In this document: positions 62,918-64,000 of the stretch, piece after piece
How positions within the stretch are numbered: position 1 is the stretch's first letter
How the letters are laid out: each line of letters starts with the position of its first letter
Source of the DNA: Gemmatimonadota bacterium
Lineage (GTDB): Bacteria; Gemmatimonadota; Gemmatimonadetes; Gemmatimonadales; GWC2-71-9
Length of the DNA: 64,000 nt
Assembly: GCA_036679645.1 (NCBI GenBank)
Contig: JAZDCY010000063.1
Location: 1 to 64,000 of the forward strand
Direction of reading: 5' to 3'
The notes under the pieces: model-generated
Told to the model about the DNA's origin: nothing
Seen by the model: only the letters and a program-made list of their open reading frames with translations
Databases searched by the model: none
Translations under genes and position numbers: made by a program

Positions 62918-63595
62918 ATGGCGCACCCCGCTGTGATGCAGACGCCCGCCAATCGCGAACTCGGCTCCGGCGTCTACAACGAGAAACTCGGGATCTGGGT
63001 GTTCCTCGGGTCCGAGGTCATGTTCTTCACGGCCCTGATCGGCTCATACATCATCCTGCGGTTTAGCAACCCCGGCGCTTTCGCGGCACCCAACACGGTG
63101 CTGAACATTCCCGTCACTGCGACCAACACGTTTCTGCTCATCTGCAGCAGCGTCACGATGGTCAAGGCGTTCGCGGCCGCTCACGATAACGACATGGCGA
63201 AGATGAAGTGGTATCTGCTCGCCACGACTCTCATCGGGGCCTCGTTCGTCGGCGTCCAGATCTACGAGTACACGCACCTGATCCACTCGGGATTCCTGCC
63301 GAGTGGTCTGCGCGAGGGGAGTCACTTTGCCGAGCTGGCGACGGCGGGTGAGCTTGGACTCGGAACGCCAGATGCGGGAGTTGCCGGCATCTACGGATCG
63401 ACGTTCTACACGATGACCGGCTTCCACGGTTTCCACGTCACCGTCGGCGTGATCTGCCTGACGTATGTGACCACAAAGGCCTTTCGCGGCAAGTACGCGC
63501 AGACCGACCACCGTGGCATTGAGGTCATCGGGCTGTACTGGCATTTCGTCGATCTCGTGTGGATTATTCTATTCACGATCGTCTACCTGATCTGA
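62918..63595 (+). CDS. coxC: Cytochrome c oxidase subunit III
   Basis: FLGSEVMFF, NTFLLICSS, TGFHGFHV, GLYWHFVDLVW. Confidence 0.96.
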   Translation: MAHPAVMQTPANRELGSGVYNEKLGIWVFLGSEVMFFTALIGSYIILRFSNPGAFAAPNTVLNIPVTATNTFLLICSSVTMVKAFAAAHDNDMAKMKWYLLATTLIGASFVGVQIYEYTHLIHSGFLPSGLREGSHFAELATAGELGLGTPDAGVAGIYGSTFYTMTGFHGFHVTVGVICLTYVTTKAFRGKYAQTDHRGIEVIGLYWHFVDLVWIILFTIVYLI

Positions 63596-63608
63596 GGCTC
63601 GGGACGCG

Positions 63609-63887
63609 ATGAGCGAAACCGCCAAATTCAAACACCCGAATTACTGGGCCGTCTGGGGCCTGTTGTTCGCCCTGACGGTGGTGGAGGTCGGGGTGACATT
63701 CCTCCCGTGGGCCAAGGAGCTACTGATCATCCTCCTGCTTGGGATGGCCATCTGGAAGGCCGTGCTCGTGGCGCTGTACTTCATGCACCTGCGGTTCGAG
63801 AAGATGCGGCTGCGCATCTTCGTCCTCGCCCCGCTCCCGCTCACGGTGATCATCGTGGTGGCGGTGCTCACGGAGTTCGTGTGGTAG
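63609..63887 (+). CDS. coxD: Cytochrome c oxidase subunit IV
   Basis: LTVVEV, KAVLVALYFMHLRFE. Confidence 0.92.
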   Translation: MSETAKFKHPNYWAVWGLLFALTVVEVGVTFLPWAKELLIILLLGMAIWKAVLVALYFMHLRFEKMRLRIFVLAPLPLTVIIVVAVLTEFVW

Positions 63888-64000
63888 CCATTGCCGTCAC
63901 GCGTGACTGGGCGAGCGACGTAGTGGAGCTCGCGAAGCCTCGCATCGTGACGATGGTGATGGTGACGGCCGGGGCAGGGTACTGGCTTGCCGGACCGGCC
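63881..64000 (+). CDS. ctaB: Protoheme IX farnesyltransferase (heme o synthase), N-terminus, runs off window
   Basis: Manual translation ...DVVELAKPRIVTMVMVTAGAGYWLAG (ELxKPR motif), directly after coxD. Confidence 0.8.
   Translation, partial: MVAIAVTRDWASDVVELAKPRIVTMVMVTAGAGYWLAGPA

Overview
GC-rich, gene-dense bacterial chromosomal segment. Gene content, gene order and signal-peptide repeats suggest Gemmatimonadota (inference). I recognised no rRNA, tRNA, CRISPR array or transposase. Left part, minus strand: truA-tal-htrA-purB-purC-psd-pssA-purS-purQ-2 ORFs-purL-purF-ppdK, then mtgA and ligA. Middle: trpD, an inverted lexA with a candidate direct-repeat SOS box, then trpC-trpB-HEAT-HD-GYP-trpA-folB-folK-(panB relic)-panC-yqeK-like-LytR_C. 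Next come rlmN and aspS-phoH-7TM/HD-ybeY-two CBS/CorC genes-(DUF502 relic), followed by an acyl-CoA catabolic cluster: meaB, a B12 mutase with isobutyryl-CoA-mutase signature, an aeRF1-like protein, a carboxyltransferase, a TPP-II-like S8 protease, an AtuA pair and a crotonase. The most interesting locus is the right 16 kb. It starts with an HmuY-like gene and a putative cofactor-maturation module (Mrp ATPase, Zn-ribbon protein, ferredoxin, tandem-USP protein, AhbD/NirJ-like radical SAM; three of these carry four PCP_red-type domains in total). This leads directly into a CydA-like 'bd-like' protein without CydB or Q-loop residues, three c-type cytochromes (5 CxxCH), a cupredoxin lipoprotein and a complete A1 heme-copper oxidase operon. 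Three genes (panB, DUF502, USP) show internal-deletion scars. All calls come from motif recognition by eye; no database searches were run.
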